A stretch of 64,000 bases of DNA from an uncultured Methanomicrobiales archaeon (GCA_963697895.1 OY969100.1:1056001-1120000); one strand, 5' to 3'. Numbered from the stretch's first letter, positions 38,133 through 49,487 are shown. Notes: a model not told the origin generated them from the sequence alone. Numbers and translations: made by a program.

Positions 38133-39458
38133 ATGCAGGGGAGCCCGAAACGGGGGGAGCTCGGGGTATTCGCCGCGATCGCCTTTGCCGTGGGGAACAT
38201 GGTCGGGGCCGGGGTCTTTGTCCTGAGCGGCCTCGTGATCGCCACCGCCGGTCCTTCGGCCGTCCTCTCCTATCTCTTCTGCGGGATCCTCGTGACGTTC
38301 TCGGCACTCTCCTATTCCGCACTTGCGAGCATCTACCCCGAAGACGGCGGCGGGTACCTCTTTGCCCGCCGGATGCTCGGCCCTATCCCCGGGTTCATCG
38401 CCGGCTGGTCGATGTACATCAGCCTCATGATCGCGAGCGCATTCGTCCTCCTCGGGTTCGGGATCTATGCAAACCTGATGCTCGGGACCTCCGTCGACCC
38501 CCGCTGGCTCGCCCTCGGCGGGCTCGTGGTCCTCTCCGCCCTCAACATTCGCGGCTTGTCCGAGGCGGGAACAGTCGAGACCGGGCTCGTCGTCGCCAAG
38601 GTCGTCATCCTCGCCGGCCTGATCGTTGCCGGGTTCATCCATATCACCGGCTCCGACTTCACGCCCTTCTTCCCGTCGGGGATCGGCGGCATGCTGGCGG
38701 GGATGGTCATGGTCTTCTTTGCGTACATCGGGTTCCAGGTCGTCGCCCTGATGGGGGGCGAGATCAAGCAGTCGTCCCGGAACGTCCCCCGGGCCACGCT
38801 GGCCGCGATCGGGATCGTCGCCCTCATCTATACCGGGACCATCATCGCCCTGCTTTCGGCCAGACTGCCCACCTACGGGAGCCAGAGCGTCTTCGATGCG
38901 GCACTCGTCCTCTTCGGCGGCATCGGGGCCACCATCGTGGCGCTCGGCGCCGTCTTCTCCACCCTCTCCTCGGCGAACGCGAACGTGATCGGCGGATCAA
39001 GGATCATCATGGAGATGGGATCCGAGAAGCAGATCCCGGCCCGGTTCGCCCGACTCTCGAGGGGAGGCCAGCCGTCTACCTCCATCCTCTTCGGGATGAT
39101 CCTTGCGGGTATCCTCATCATCTACGGAAACCTCGGTTTCGTCGTGAGCCTGACCAATGTCACCACCCTCGTGACCATGGCCCTGGTCAATGCGAGCGCC
39201 TTTCTCCTCGTCCGGCGGGAGCACCTGGTCCCCCCCGAAAAGACCTATTTCAGGCTCCCGCTCGGGGTCGTCATCCCGGTTGCCGGCTTCGTATCCTGCA
39301 TCGCCATGCTCGCCACCCTGACCCCCACAATCATCCTGATCGGGTTTGCGGTCATCCTCGCCGGGCTGATCATCTACTCCCTGGAGGACACCGCCGAAGG
39401 GGAATCAATCCGGAGAGAGATCCGGAAAAAACTGGGAAGGAAGGAGCCGGAGGGCTGA
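38133..39458 (+). CDS. APC family amino acid permease
   Basis: GNMVGAGVFVL, PEDGGGY, FFAYIGF. Confidence 0.92.
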   Translation: MQGSPKRGELGVFAAIAFAVGNMVGAGVFVLSGLVIATAGPSAVLSYLFCGILVTFSALSYSALASIYPEDGGGYLFARRMLGPIPGFIAGWSMYISLMIASAFVLLGFGIYANLMLGTSVDPRWLALGGLVVLSALNIRGLSEAGTVETGLVVAKVVILAGLIVAGFIHITGSDFTPFFPSGIGGMLAGMVMVFFAYIGFQVVALMGGEIKQSSRNVPRATLAAIGIVALIYTGTIIALLSARLPTYGSQSVFDAALVLFGGIGATIVALGAVFSTLSSANANVIGGSRIIMEMGSEKQIPARFARLSRGGQPSTSILFGMILAGILIIYGNLGFVVSLTNVTTLVTMALVNASAFLLVRREHLVPPEKTYFRLPLGVVIPVAGFVSCIAMLATLTPTIILIGFAVILAGLIIYSLEDTAEGESIRREIRKKLGRKEPEG

Positions 39459-39799
39459 ACCAAATATCGGAAAAGAGCGGGGAGGAACGAGCCCGGGGTT
39501 GAATCGACCTCTATCGGGGACGCTGTCGCAAGAACAGGACCGGTGGAGGATCCGAAAAAAAGCCGGGTATTACGGGGTGTTCGGCCTGGAGAAACCGCCC
39601 AGCCGTCCTCCGACCGGATTGTATCATTCCTGATCCATTTTGCTCCCTGCCTGGCTGCTGCTGCCCGCTCTGTGCGATGGGTGAGACGCGTCTCCGGTCT
39701 CAATTTGCCGCCATGACTGGCGCATCGACGTTCCGATCCGGGTATCCTGCCCCGGTGCATCAAGAAACATTAATGCTCCTTGAAAAGTACTGTGCTCTC

Positions 39800-40339
39800 A
39801 TGAGACCGAACATCAGCTATGTACTGCTGGCTCTGCTGGCAGTTGCCCTGCTTTTTGCAGCAGGCTGCACGACACCGACCCCGCCCGTGACCCCGACGCC
39901 AACCGCGACGGCGACCGCTACGGCCACCGCAACAGCGACGGCGACCGAGACCATGAGCATGACCATGACCGTCCCCCCGACAACGGTGACGGCACCCCCA
40001 ACCCAGACGACGGTCCCGGCAAACACCACGGCGCCTCCCTCAGGGGGAGCGGTGACCGTCGGGCTGAGTGCAAAGAATATCGCCTTTAACACGAGCATCA
40101 TCACGGTCCCCGCCTGTTCGAACGTGACGGTCATCTTTGACAACCAGGACTCGGGGATCCCGCACAACTTCGCGGTCTACTCGGATCCGGGGCTGAGCAG
40201 CACCATATTCAAGGGAGAGATCATCACCGGACCGAAGATGATCACCTACACGTTCAAGGCTCCCTGTGCCCCGGGAGACTACTGGTTCCGCTGCGACGTG
40301 CACCCGGCGGCCATGACGGGCACATTCAAAGTGGTCTGA
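39800..40339 (+). CDS. Cupredoxin (blue copper) lipoprotein 1
   Basis: LFAAGC lipobox, T/P linker, PHN...CDVH...M type-1 Cu ligands. Confidence 0.88.
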   Translation: MRPNISYVLLALLAVALLFAAGCTTPTPPVTPTPTATATATATATATATETMSMTMTVPPTTVTAPPTQTTVPANTTAPPSGGAVTVGLSAKNIAFNTSIITVPACSNVTVIFDNQDSGIPHNFAVYSDPGLSSTIFKGEIITGPKMITYTFKAPCAPGDYWFRCDVHPAAMTGTFKVV

Positions 40340-41078
40340 AACAACCCAACCCTTTTCTTTTTTCTGCCTCGGGATTCCGACAGGGCAACGTTCTCCTGAA
40401 GTGATTCCTGAAATGCAACATTAATGTCCCTTGAACAGGTACCTGTTGCTTTCATGAGACCGAACATCAGCTATGTACTGCTGGCTCTGCTGGCAGTTGC
40501 CCTGCTCCTTGCCGCAGGCTGTTCGACGACCCCGCCCGTGACACCGACGCCGACAGCGACACCGACCGGGACGGCGACCGGGACAATGGCGATGACCATG
40601 CCAGAGACAACGGTGACGGTTCCCCCGACCGGGACGACGGCCCCGATGACCACCACGATGCCTCCATCCGGAGAGGCGGTGACGATCGACCTGATCGCAA
40701 AGAATATCGCCTTCAACACGAGCACCATCACCGTCCCCGACTGTGCGAACGTGACGGTCGGCTTCGATAACCAGGACGCGGGAATTCCCCACAACTTCGC
40801 GGTCTACACGAACTCATCGGCAACCGCCGCCATCTTCGTGGGAGAGATCATCACCGGCCCGAAGATGGTAACCTACACGTTCACGGCTCCCTGCACCCCC
40901 GGGGACTACTGGTTCCGCTGCGACCCACACCCGGCGGCCATGAACGGCGGGTTCATCGTGGTCTGAACCAACCCGACCTCTTTCTTTTTTCTGCCTCGGG
41001 ATTCCGACAGGGCAACGTTCTCCTGAAGTGATTCCTGAAATGTAACATTAATGTCCCATAAAAAGTACTGTTGCTTTC
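40337..41078 (+). repeat. Duplicated intergenic unit between cupredoxin genes (40337-40453 and 40964-41078; partial copy ~41647-41690)
   Basis: T-tract plus GGGATTCCGACAGGGCAACGTTCTCCTGAAGTGATTCCTGAAATG repeated. Confidence 0.9.
40454..40966 (+). CDS. Cupredoxin (blue copper) lipoprotein 2
   Basis: Lipobox, PHN...CDPH...M. Confidence 0.88.
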   Translation: MRPNISYVLLALLAVALLLAAGCSTTPPVTPTPTATPTGTATGTMAMTMPETTVTVPPTGTTAPMTTTMPPSGEAVTIDLIAKNIAFNTSTITVPDCANVTVGFDNQDAGIPHNFAVYTNSSATAAIFVGEIITGPKMVTYTFTAPCTPGDYWFRCDPHPAAMNGGFIVV

Positions 41079-41615
41079 ATGAGACCGAACATCAGTGATG
41101 TACTGCTGGCCCTGCTGGCAGTTGCCCTGCTCCTTGCAGCAGGCTGTACCACCCCGACCCCCCCGGTGACCCCGACGCCGACGCCAACCGAAACGCCGAC
41201 CGCTCCTCCCACCGCAACAGCGACCGGGACCATGACGATGACCGTCCCACCGACGACAGAGACCGTACCTCCCCCGACCGGGACGACTGCACCGGCAACC
41301 ACCACGATGCCTCCCACCGGCGGAGCGGTGACCGTCGGCCTGATTGCCAAGAATATCGCCTTTAACACGAGCACCATCACGGTCCCCGCCTGTTCGAACG
41401 TGACGGTCGCCTTTGACAACCAGGACTCGGGAATCCCCCACAACTTCGCGGTCTACTCGGATCCGGGGCTGAGCAACACCATATTCAAGGGAGCTATCAT
41501 CACCGGACCGAAGGCCATCACCTACACGTTCAAGGCCCCCTGTGCCCCGGGAGACTACTGGTTCCGCTGCGACGTGCACCCGGCGGCCATGAACGGCAAG
41601 TTCATAGTGGTCTGA
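41079..41615 (+). CDS. Cupredoxin (blue copper) lipoprotein 3
   Basis: Lipobox, PHN...CDVH...M. Confidence 0.88.
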   Translation: MRPNISDVLLALLAVALLLAAGCTTPTPPVTPTPTPTETPTAPPTATATGTMTMTVPPTTETVPPPTGTTAPATTTMPPTGGAVTVGLIAKNIAFNTSTITVPACSNVTVAFDNQDSGIPHNFAVYSDPGLSNTIFKGAIITGPKAITYTFKAPCAPGDYWFRCDVHPAAMNGKFIVV

Positions 41616-41824
41616 ACACACTTTCCTTTTTTTCAACCACCCCCACATTCCGACAGGGCAACGTTCTCCACACGGGAGATTCCTGGAATGTTTTCCGGCT
41701 GTCCTTATGCAGGACCGTATTCCGGCGGATAAGCCACATAAAAAATTTCTGCCATGTCAAACGGCTTCGTTCACCCGTTTCATCCTGCATGGCGTCGCAC
41801 GACGGGAAAGAAAAAAGAAGAAGA

Positions 41825-43798
41825 TCAGAGTGGTCCCTGCTGGGAGAGCACGGGGGTCGGTTCCGGGGTCGCCCCGGGCGGGAGCGGTACCACGGTTATC
41901 GTTTCCGATTCAACGACCGGAGGGTTCAACGGCGTGTGGTCGTTGTTCACCAGCTCGACCGAGAGGGTGTGGGTTCCCGTGGTCACGTTGGACCAGACAG
42001 TATAGAGATACGGGGTGGCGACATAGGTCCCGGCCGCGGTGATCGCCGGCTGGCCCTGTGTGGTCGGGGCGTCCACGTCCAGGAAGTAGTGGAGGTGCCC
42101 CTCCCCGGCCACGTTCGCCTGCCCGAGTTTGTTCACCAGGGCGAAGTTCTTCACCCAGGCCGTGACCACCACGGTGCTTCCCTCGACGGTAGCACCCGGT
42201 GCAGGCCGGGCGATCCCGAGATGGGGGGCGGCGCCGGGCGTCCCGATGGAAAACGCCACTACCGACGGTGCGGTCCCCGAGCCGACCGGCCAGACGAGGG
42301 TATCCCCGGCCACCGCGGGCCAGGCGTTGATCAGGCCGGGGGCCTGGTATGTCCAGACGATCTCCCCGGTATCCTTGTCCAGCGCAGAGATCATCCCGTT
42401 GTAGGTGGCAACGAAGACCAGGTCGTTCACCACGGTGGCGGAGGAGAAGATCTCGGAGCCGAAGTTCGTCTCCCAGAGGATCTTCCCGGTGTCCACCTGG
42501 ATCGCGGTCAGGTTCGAGGTCCCGTTCGCGTACGGCTGGAGGCCTCCCCCCGGCGGGAAGGAGATGGTTGGTGCCCATTTTGCGTAGAGGTTGATCGTCG
42601 GGACATAGACGACCCCGTCGGCATAGGCCATCGGGGTCTCGATACCGCCCTGGTAGCCCGGATAGACGATGATCGTCTCGTTCGGCAGGTTCACCAGGTT
42701 GTCGTTTAAGTGAATCCCCACGGGGGTTTCCCAGAGGATGGCACCGGTGCTCCGGTTGAACGCGAAGACCCTGCCCCATTTGCCGCCGCCGATCGCGATC
42801 TCCTGGGTGATGCCGTTGATATTGGCCGTGGTGAGGATGGGGGAGAGCTGGAAGTCCATGTCGGTGTTGTCGTGGGCGATCGTCTGGGTGTACCACTCCA
42901 GGCCGCCGCTATCGTTCAGGACGACGATCGAGTCGCAGTAGAGGTTATTCCCCGGGCGGGAGGCCCCGTTGGGGTACGCGGGGGTACCCGCAAAGGGTGC
43001 CGGGTTCCCGGTCCCCCAGAAGGAGTTCCCGGTACCGACATCGACCGAGGCGGGGAACCAGCACCCGCCGCCGCTGTTCAGCTCCGGGTGGCCCCAGAAG
43101 TCGGGCGACTGGATGGTATTGAACTGCCAGAGGACCTTTCCGGTCTCCTGGTCGAGGGCGTAGATGATCCCTGCCGCTCCGGGCTTGTAGCCCTGGGGGG
43201 TGGTGGAGACGAGCACCTTCCCATCATAGATGATGGGCTGGTCCAGGATCCCGATCGGGGCCCCGAAGGAGAGGTTGGTCGTCCAGATCCGGGTCCCGTT
43301 CGCCAGGCTGACGGCGGAGATGCTGTACTGGTTGCTGGGGCCGAAGACCTTCCCGTACCCCACCGCCGGGCCGTTGGGCCCGACCACGCCGAGGGAGTCG
43401 AAGGTGGTCATCCAGTTCACCGCACCCGTCTGCCGGTCGATGGAGAAGAGCCGGCCGAGGAGGTCCTGGAAGTAGACGGTGTTCCCCATGATGAGCGGGT
43501 TGCTCGACGCCCCGCCGAAGACTCCCGATGCGGTGATCGGCATCATCCAGGTGACCTCGAGGTTCTGCACCGTCGCCGTGCTGATGCTGGAATCGGTCGT
43601 CGCCCGGGTGCTTTCGTAGTCCCTGTTGGGCAACGGCCAGTCCTTCGCATACTGGCTTACTTCCGGAGGAATGGCGGCCGTACCCGGCCCGGAAGGACCG
43701 CCTCCCTGGGGAGGGGGGTTACTGACGCATCCTGCCAGGAGTACCACTCCCGTGAGCAGGATCAGTCCTAAGACGAAGAGAGAGAATGTTCTTGCCAT
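41825..43798 (-). CDS. PQQ-binding-like beta-propeller lipoprotein with His-rich C-terminal domain
   Basis: LLAGC lipobox; DWP..N.D...TR; repeated ALDxxTGxxxW blades; GTGNP, HDNTDMD; C-terminal GEGHLHY...HTL...NDHTPL. Confidence 0.85.
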   Translation of the reverse strand: MARTFSLFVLGLILLTGVVLLAGCVSNPPPQGGGPSGPGTAAIPPEVSQYAKDWPLPNRDYESTRATTDSSISTATVQNLEVTWMMPITASGVFGGASSNPLIMGNTVYFQDLLGRLFSIDRQTGAVNWMTTFDSLGVVGPNGPAVGYGKVFGPSNQYSISAVSLANGTRIWTTNLSFGAPIGILDQPIIYDGKVLVSTTPQGYKPGAAGIIYALDQETGKVLWQFNTIQSPDFWGHPELNSGGGCWFPASVDVGTGNSFWGTGNPAPFAGTPAYPNGASRPGNNLYCDSIVVLNDSGGLEWYTQTIAHDNTDMDFQLSPILTTANINGITQEIAIGGGKWGRVFAFNRSTGAILWETPVGIHLNDNLVNLPNETIIVYPGYQGGIETPMAYADGVVYVPTINLYAKWAPTISFPPGGGLQPYANGTSNLTAIQVDTGKILWETNFGSEIFSSATVVNDLVFVATYNGMISALDKDTGEIVWTYQAPGLINAWPAVAGDTLVWPVGSGTAPSVVAFSIGTPGAAPHLGIARPAPGATVEGSTVVVTAWVKNFALVNKLGQANVAGEGHLHYFLDVDAPTTQGQPAITAAGTYVATPYLYTVWSNVTTGTHTLSVELVNNDHTPLNPPVVESETITVVPLPPGATPEPTPVLSQQGPL

Positions 43799-43921
43799 GG
43801 TGGACTAATACCGGTCGATAGTCATAAATGTATCCCGAAGGCGGATGCTTTTCCCCGACAGACACCGTGCACGTTATCCCGGAAACGGATACTATCCCCG
43901 ACGGGTGCCGGTGTATCTTTG

Positions 43922-43936
43922 CAAAAAAGTTTATAA
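43922..43936 (+). promoter_or_regulatory. Probable archaeal BRE/TATA
   Basis: CAAAAAAG-TTTATAA ~130 bp upstream of the KamA-like start. Confidence 0.5.
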
Positions 43937-44066
43937 CATGAGGGATAAAGGACGTTGACGGGATCTCACTGGATTTTCAGACATCGCCCGTGATGCATTT
44001 GCAGAGAACATTCCTTAACAGCAACCTGTCCGACCGACCGGACAGATCCTGCCCGTGGTGGTAACC

Positions 44067-45194
44067 ATGAATCCAAAGTACATTCATTCAATCGAAGAGC
44101 TCGACGACCTGGTCGGGTTCTCGAAAAAAGACTTCAAACAGATGGAAAAGGTCACGGAACGATTTCCGTTCCGGGCCAATGACTACTACCTCTCCCTCAT
44201 CGACTGGAAGGACGATCGCGACCCGCTCCGGAAGATCGTCGTCCCCGATATCCGGGAACTGAACGGAAGGGGAACCCTGGACCCCTCGTCCGAGAAGGAC
44301 TTCACGAGGCTTCCCGGCCTGCAGCACAAGTACGAGCAGACCGGGCTCCTCCTGCTCTCCGATGTATGCGGGGGAATATGCCGGTTCTGCTTTCGGAAAC
44401 GGCTGTTCATCAACGAGGAACGGGAGGCGGTGAAAGACGTTACTGGCGGGATCGAGTATATCCGGTCCCACCCGGAGATCACGAACGTCCTGCTCACCGG
44501 GGGAGACCCGCTCACCCTCGAGACATCCTGCCTGGAACGGATTTTACGTGAATTGAGGGAGATCCCCCACGTGAACATCATCCGCATCGGGAGCAAGATG
44601 CCCGCGTACAACCCCTTCCGGATCCTGAACGACCCCCGTATCTCCGAGGTCTTCCGGCAATTCAGCAGCGGGGAGAAGAGAATTTACCTGATGGCCCACT
44701 TCAACCACCCGAACGAGCTGACGAATTATGCGATCCAGGCGCTGGAGCAGCTGCACGATGCGGGCGTGATCGTGGTGAACCAGACCCCGGTCCTTTCCGG
44801 GGTGAACAGTGCCCCGGAGACATTCACCCACCTCTTCCGCAGGCTCTCCTTTGCCGGGGTGACCCCGTACTACGTGTTCCAGTGCCGCCCTTCCCTCGGC
44901 AACCGTTTCTTCCAGGTCCCGATCGAACAGTCGTACCATATCGTCCAGGAGGCATGGCAGGCGTGTTCCGGGCTGGCGAAGCGGGCACGGTTCGTCATGT
45001 CCCACGCGACCGGAAAGATCGAGGTCGTCGGCAGGAATGCCGGGTACATCTTCATGCGGTACCACCAGGCGGCAGAGCGGGGATTGATCGGGAAGTTCAT
45101 GATCCTGAAGAGCAATCCCCGGGCCACCTGGTTCGACGACTACCGCGATCACTATACGGAATTGTCCCCGCCGAAAAAGGTCTGGTTGTTCTGA
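44067..45194 (+). CDS. KamA family radical SAM protein (lysine 2,3-aminomutase-like)
   Basis: GLQHKY, CGGICRFCFRKR, LLTGGDPL, HFNHPNE, PYYVFQ. Confidence 0.92.
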   Translation: MNPKYIHSIEELDDLVGFSKKDFKQMEKVTERFPFRANDYYLSLIDWKDDRDPLRKIVVPDIRELNGRGTLDPSSEKDFTRLPGLQHKYEQTGLLLLSDVCGGICRFCFRKRLFINEEREAVKDVTGGIEYIRSHPEITNVLLTGGDPLTLETSCLERILRELREIPHVNIIRIGSKMPAYNPFRILNDPRISEVFRQFSSGEKRIYLMAHFNHPNELTNYAIQALEQLHDAGVIVVNQTPVLSGVNSAPETFTHLFRRLSFAGVTPYYVFQCRPSLGNRFFQVPIEQSYHIVQEAWQACSGLAKRARFVMSHATGKIEVVGRNAGYIFMRYHQAAERGLIGKFMILKSNPRATWFDDYRDHYTELSPPKKVWLF

Positions 45195-45197
45195 GGG

Positions 45198-47958
45198 TCA
45201 GGCACGGGTCGTGAAATCTTCCGCTCCGGCCTGGATCACCCGGAATTTCACCCATTTGAAGAGCTCCATTCCGACGACGACCAGGGAGGCCAGGGCCAGG
45301 AGGACGCCCCAGGTCTCCAGACTCACCGGGCCGATATCGAGCACGTTCTGCATGGCCGGGGTCAACATCGCGGCGATCTGGACCCCCTGGGCAACGAGTA
45401 TCCCGATGATCAGGAAGTAATTGCTCTTCAGCGGCACCCGGAAGATCGAGCGGAACTCGGATCGGCAGTTCAGCGCCTGGAAGTTCTCCAGGAGCACCAT
45501 CAGGAGGACGAGGACGTTCCGGGCGGAAAACTCGTCCCAGCCGGAGGAGAGGAGCGAGAAATATGCTCCGAATGCAATGAACCCCATCAGGAAGCCGGAG
45601 AGGAGGGTCTCCTGGATCATCAGCGGGTTGAAGATCCCTTCATCCGGCCTCCGCGGACGCCGCTTCATCGCCTCCGGCTCCCCGGCCTCGCTGGCAAGGG
45701 CGACGTCCTGGATCCCGTTGGTGACCAGGTTGAGCCACAGGAGCTGCACCGCAAGCAGGGGGAGCGGCAGCCCGGCGATGAGGGCGAGGGCGAAGAGAAT
45801 GATCTCCGCAAACCCCGTGGAGACGAGGAGGTAGGTCACCTTCCGGATATTCTCGTAGGCGTACCGTCCCTCCTCGATGCCGGCCACGATCGAAGAGAAA
45901 TTATCGTCGGTGATGATCATCGAGGCGGTGTCCTTCGCCACGTCGGTACCCGATCCCATCGCCACCCCGATATTTGCCCTCCGGAGCGCCGGGGCATCGT
46001 TCGCACCGTCACCGGTCACGGCGACGAACTGCCCGTCGCGGACCAGGGTATCGACGATCTCGAGTTTCTGCACCGGGCTGACCCGGGCAAAGATCCGCCC
46101 GGAGCGGACCCGTTCGAAGTATTCCGGGAGATCGGGGGAACCGATCGCCGCGAGCTCCGGGCCGGTCACCACCTGCGATTCATCCGTCGCAAGACCGATC
46201 TGCCTCCCGATCGCCAGGGCCGTGTCCGGGTGGTCCCCGGTGATCATGGCCACCTCCACCCCGGCACCCCGGCACCGTTCTATCGCATCCGGGACGTCGG
46301 GCCTGAGGGGGTCGGTGAATCCCGCAAGGCCGAGGAATGACAGGGCAGGGGGGAGGTCGGCCAGGGCCGGGGGACCCGGGGGAACGGCACCGGCCGCCCC
46401 TCCGGCGATCGCGAGCACCCGGTATCCCCGGCGGGTAAGCTCCCGGAGCTGCCCCTCCACCGCGGGCCGATCGAGCGGCATAGTCCCCTCCCGGGTCTCC
46501 ATGGACCGGCAGAACGGAAGGATCGTTTCCAACGCCCCCTTCACCGCGACCCGGATATCTCCGGCCTCGTCCCGGTAATATACCGCCGAATACCGGAACT
46601 CGGGCTCAAAGGGAACGGTCCCTTCGATCCGGGTATCGCCTCTCACCCGGTCCGGGTCGATCCCCAGCTTTATCGCAAGCGCGAGGAGGGCCACATCCAT
46701 CGCGTCCCCGTGGTGCACCCACGCACTGTCCTCGCGGTACAGGCTCCCCTCGTTGCAGATCGCCCCCGCGTACCCGAGGGCTTTCAGGTGCCCGAGGGAG
46801 CGGGGGTCAGGAGCAGAACCATCGGATCCCCGCACCTCCCCTTCACCGTCGTAGCCCGCGCCCGTGACCTCGAAGGACTCTCCCCCGGGAAGGATCACCC
46901 GCTTTACCGTCTGCTCGTTGACCGTCAGCGTCCCGGTCTTGTCCGTGGCGATCATCGTGCAGCTGCCGAGGCTCTCCACCGCGGCAAGCCGCCGGACGAG
47001 CACGTTCCGCTTCCCCATCCGCGACGTGGCGATGGAGAGGGCGACCGTTATCGCCACCGGCAGACCCTCGGGGATGGCCGAGACGGCGAGGGCAACGGCA
47101 AGGAAGAAGACCTCCGCGTACGGAATTCCCCGGGCGATCGAGACGGCGGCGACGAGGACGGATGCCCCGATCACGATGATCCCGATATTCCGCGAGAACC
47201 GTTCCATCCGGATCAGGAGCGGGGGTTTCGACGCCCCGGTGGTCGCCACCGCTGCGGCGATGGCGCCTATTTCTGTCCGCAACCCCGTGGCCGTCACCAC
47301 TCCCATCCCCCGGCCCGTCATGACCGTGGTCCCCCCGAACGCCATGTTCTTCCGGTCCCCGATCGGTGCGTCTTCTTCGACCAGGGCCAGGTCCTTCTCC
47401 ACGGCGACCGATTCGCCGGTGAGGAGCGATTCGTCGATGGCAAGGTTGGCGGCATGGATCAGGCGGAGGTCCGCCGGGACGCGGTTGCCGGATTCGAGGA
47501 GGACGATATCCCCGGGCACGATGGCAGCGGAATCGAGGGTGACCTCCCTGCCCCCCCGTTTCAGGTGAGCCGTAATGGTGAGCAGGCCCTGGAGCCTGCT
47601 TGCGCTCTGCTCGGCCCTCCACTCCTGGACAAGACCGATCGCCGCATTCAGGAGCACCACCGCGAGGATGAAGAGCCCGTCCTGGAGGTCCTGCAGGGCG
47701 AATGAGATGAACGAGGCGATCAGGAGGATATAGATGAGCGGGCTTTGGAACTGGTGGAGAAAGAGGGTGAAGATCCCGGGAGGTTCCCGGGCGGGGAGCC
47801 GGTTCGGGCCGAACTCGAGCCTGCCTCCGGGTGGCTTCGTCGTCCCCGAGACCACCGGGGCCTGAACAGAGCTTCCCGTATACCTCGTCGAGGGGCAGCG
47901 TATGCCAGGAAATACCCGTGTGGGGATCGGATCCATCCTGCACCGGTCGCTCGTCCAT
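45198..47958 (-). CDS. P-type cation ATPase (Ca2+-type), one extra base near 47820
   Basis: TGES, PEGL, DKTGTLT, TGDH, GDGAND; N-terminal WH.L...GL...EA.RR lies in the 47958 frame. Confidence 0.92.
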
Positions 47959-48507
47959 AACAATGATTCACCTGCCGGGGTTTCTTCTCCAGATTCCCGA
48001 AAATTCTGAAGTTGGAATACAATCGATGATTGAGAGGTCTGATGGAGATCCGAAGGGGGTTCTGCTTCACGAACCCGGAGTAATCCTTCTCTTGGACAGG
48101 ACGGATTATCAATATAATCCACTCGTCTTTCTCCGTGCCGGTGAAGGGGGAGATCCCGGTCCATGACTGGCCCAGCCTTTTTGGAGCAGAAGTCACGATG
48201 TCCGGTTACAGTTTTTTACCGGTGTCCCGGAGGCAAGGGAAATCCGGTACCGGGTACGACGGACCCGAACCGAGTGACCGTGGAAGCCTGGTCTTTCACC
48301 GGGGCAGGGTGCCCGGTTACGGTTGGTTACCGGTGTTCCGGTTCAGGAAGAAAACCCTGAATGGAGCACGTGCTTCTCCGTTCCGATGGAAAGAGGGAGG
48401 ACCAATAACATAGGGTGTTCCGCGACTCATATACAGCCCGGACGATTCATAGGCAACCCGGCGGGATAAAACCGGATCATGCCAGGAGGGTATTAAGGAG
48501 GGCTATT

Positions 48508-48873
48508 TCAGGCCCGTATCCATTCCCAGGCCTCGGCCAGCCGGTCCTGTTTGAAGAACCGGAGTTCGGTCTGGGTCAGGGTGGTGAATCCCTTGAAGAG
48601 CCAGCTCATCCATTCGTCCCAGCTCTCGTCGATGACCGTCGCCATCTTTTCGACCGACGAGAACTTCAGCCCGAGGAGGAAATCCTCCCAGGCCCCGCCA
48701 ACCGTCCAGCCCTTGAACCCCTCCATGACCCAGACGACCCGGATCTTTCCGTATTCCTTTATGGCACTCTCCATCTCCGGTGCAAGATGGTCACGGTAGT
48801 CGGCTTCGGTCAGCTTTCCCCGCAACCGGTACCCGAGGATATTTCCCGAGCTCTCGGGAAGTTTTTCAATCAT
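48508..48873 (-). CDS. SpoIIAA-like (STAS/SEC14) protein, copy 1
   Basis: GKLTEADY...GKIRV...GW...A.WED...A.EWI. Confidence 0.85.
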   Translation of the reverse strand: MIEKLPESSGNILGYRLRGKLTEADYRDHLAPEMESAIKEYGKIRVVWVMEGFKGWTVGGAWEDFLLGLKFSSVEKMATVIDESWDEWMSWLFKGFTTLTQTELRFFKQDRLAEAWEWIRA

Positions 48874-49121
48874 AGTACATCATTCCCGGAGAAGGAGTCA
48901 GGAGCAGGAAATATAAATGTTGCCCCGATCAGGGAGGATTTTCTCAAAACCGAAGAGGAGAGAATGAAAAAGGGAAAGAGCCCCGCTGCCCCTTCCGGAA
49001 CGGGGAGATTATCGCCAAGGGGTATCCGCCGCCCCGATCGGTGCATTTCACGACACGCTCGCTTGTACCTGCGTTAACCAGGCCCTGTCGGAGGGTAATC
49101 TCCGGGCGACTCGATCTCTTT

Positions 49122-49487
49122 TCAGGCCCGGATCCATTCCCAGGCTTCGGTCAGCCGGTCCTTCGTGAAGAACCGGAGCTCGGTCCCGGTCAGGGTCGTG
49201 AAGCCCTGGAACAGCCAGGTCATCCATTCGTCCCAGCTCTCGTCGATGACCATGGCCATTCTCTCGACCGCGGGGAACTTCAGCACAAGGAGGAGATCCT
49301 CCCAGGCCCCGCCGACCGTCCAGCCCTCGAAACCCTCCACGACCAGGAGAACCCGGATCTTATGGCAGTCCTTCATGGCTTTATCCATATCCGGCCCGAG
49401 AAGGTCACGGTAGTCGGCTTCGGTCATCTTCCCCGAGATCCGGTATGCAAGGTGATTCTTTGCGCTCTCCGGTAGTCTTTCGATCAT
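49122..49487 (-). CDS. SpoIIAA-like (STAS/SEC14) protein, copy 2
   Basis: Same-length tandem paralog of 48508..48873. Confidence 0.85.
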   Translation of the reverse strand: MIERLPESAKNHLAYRISGKMTEADYRDLLGPDMDKAMKDCHKIRVLLVVEGFEGWTVGGAWEDLLLVLKFPAVERMAMVIDESWDEWMTWLFQGFTTLTGTELRFFTKDRLTEAWEWIRA

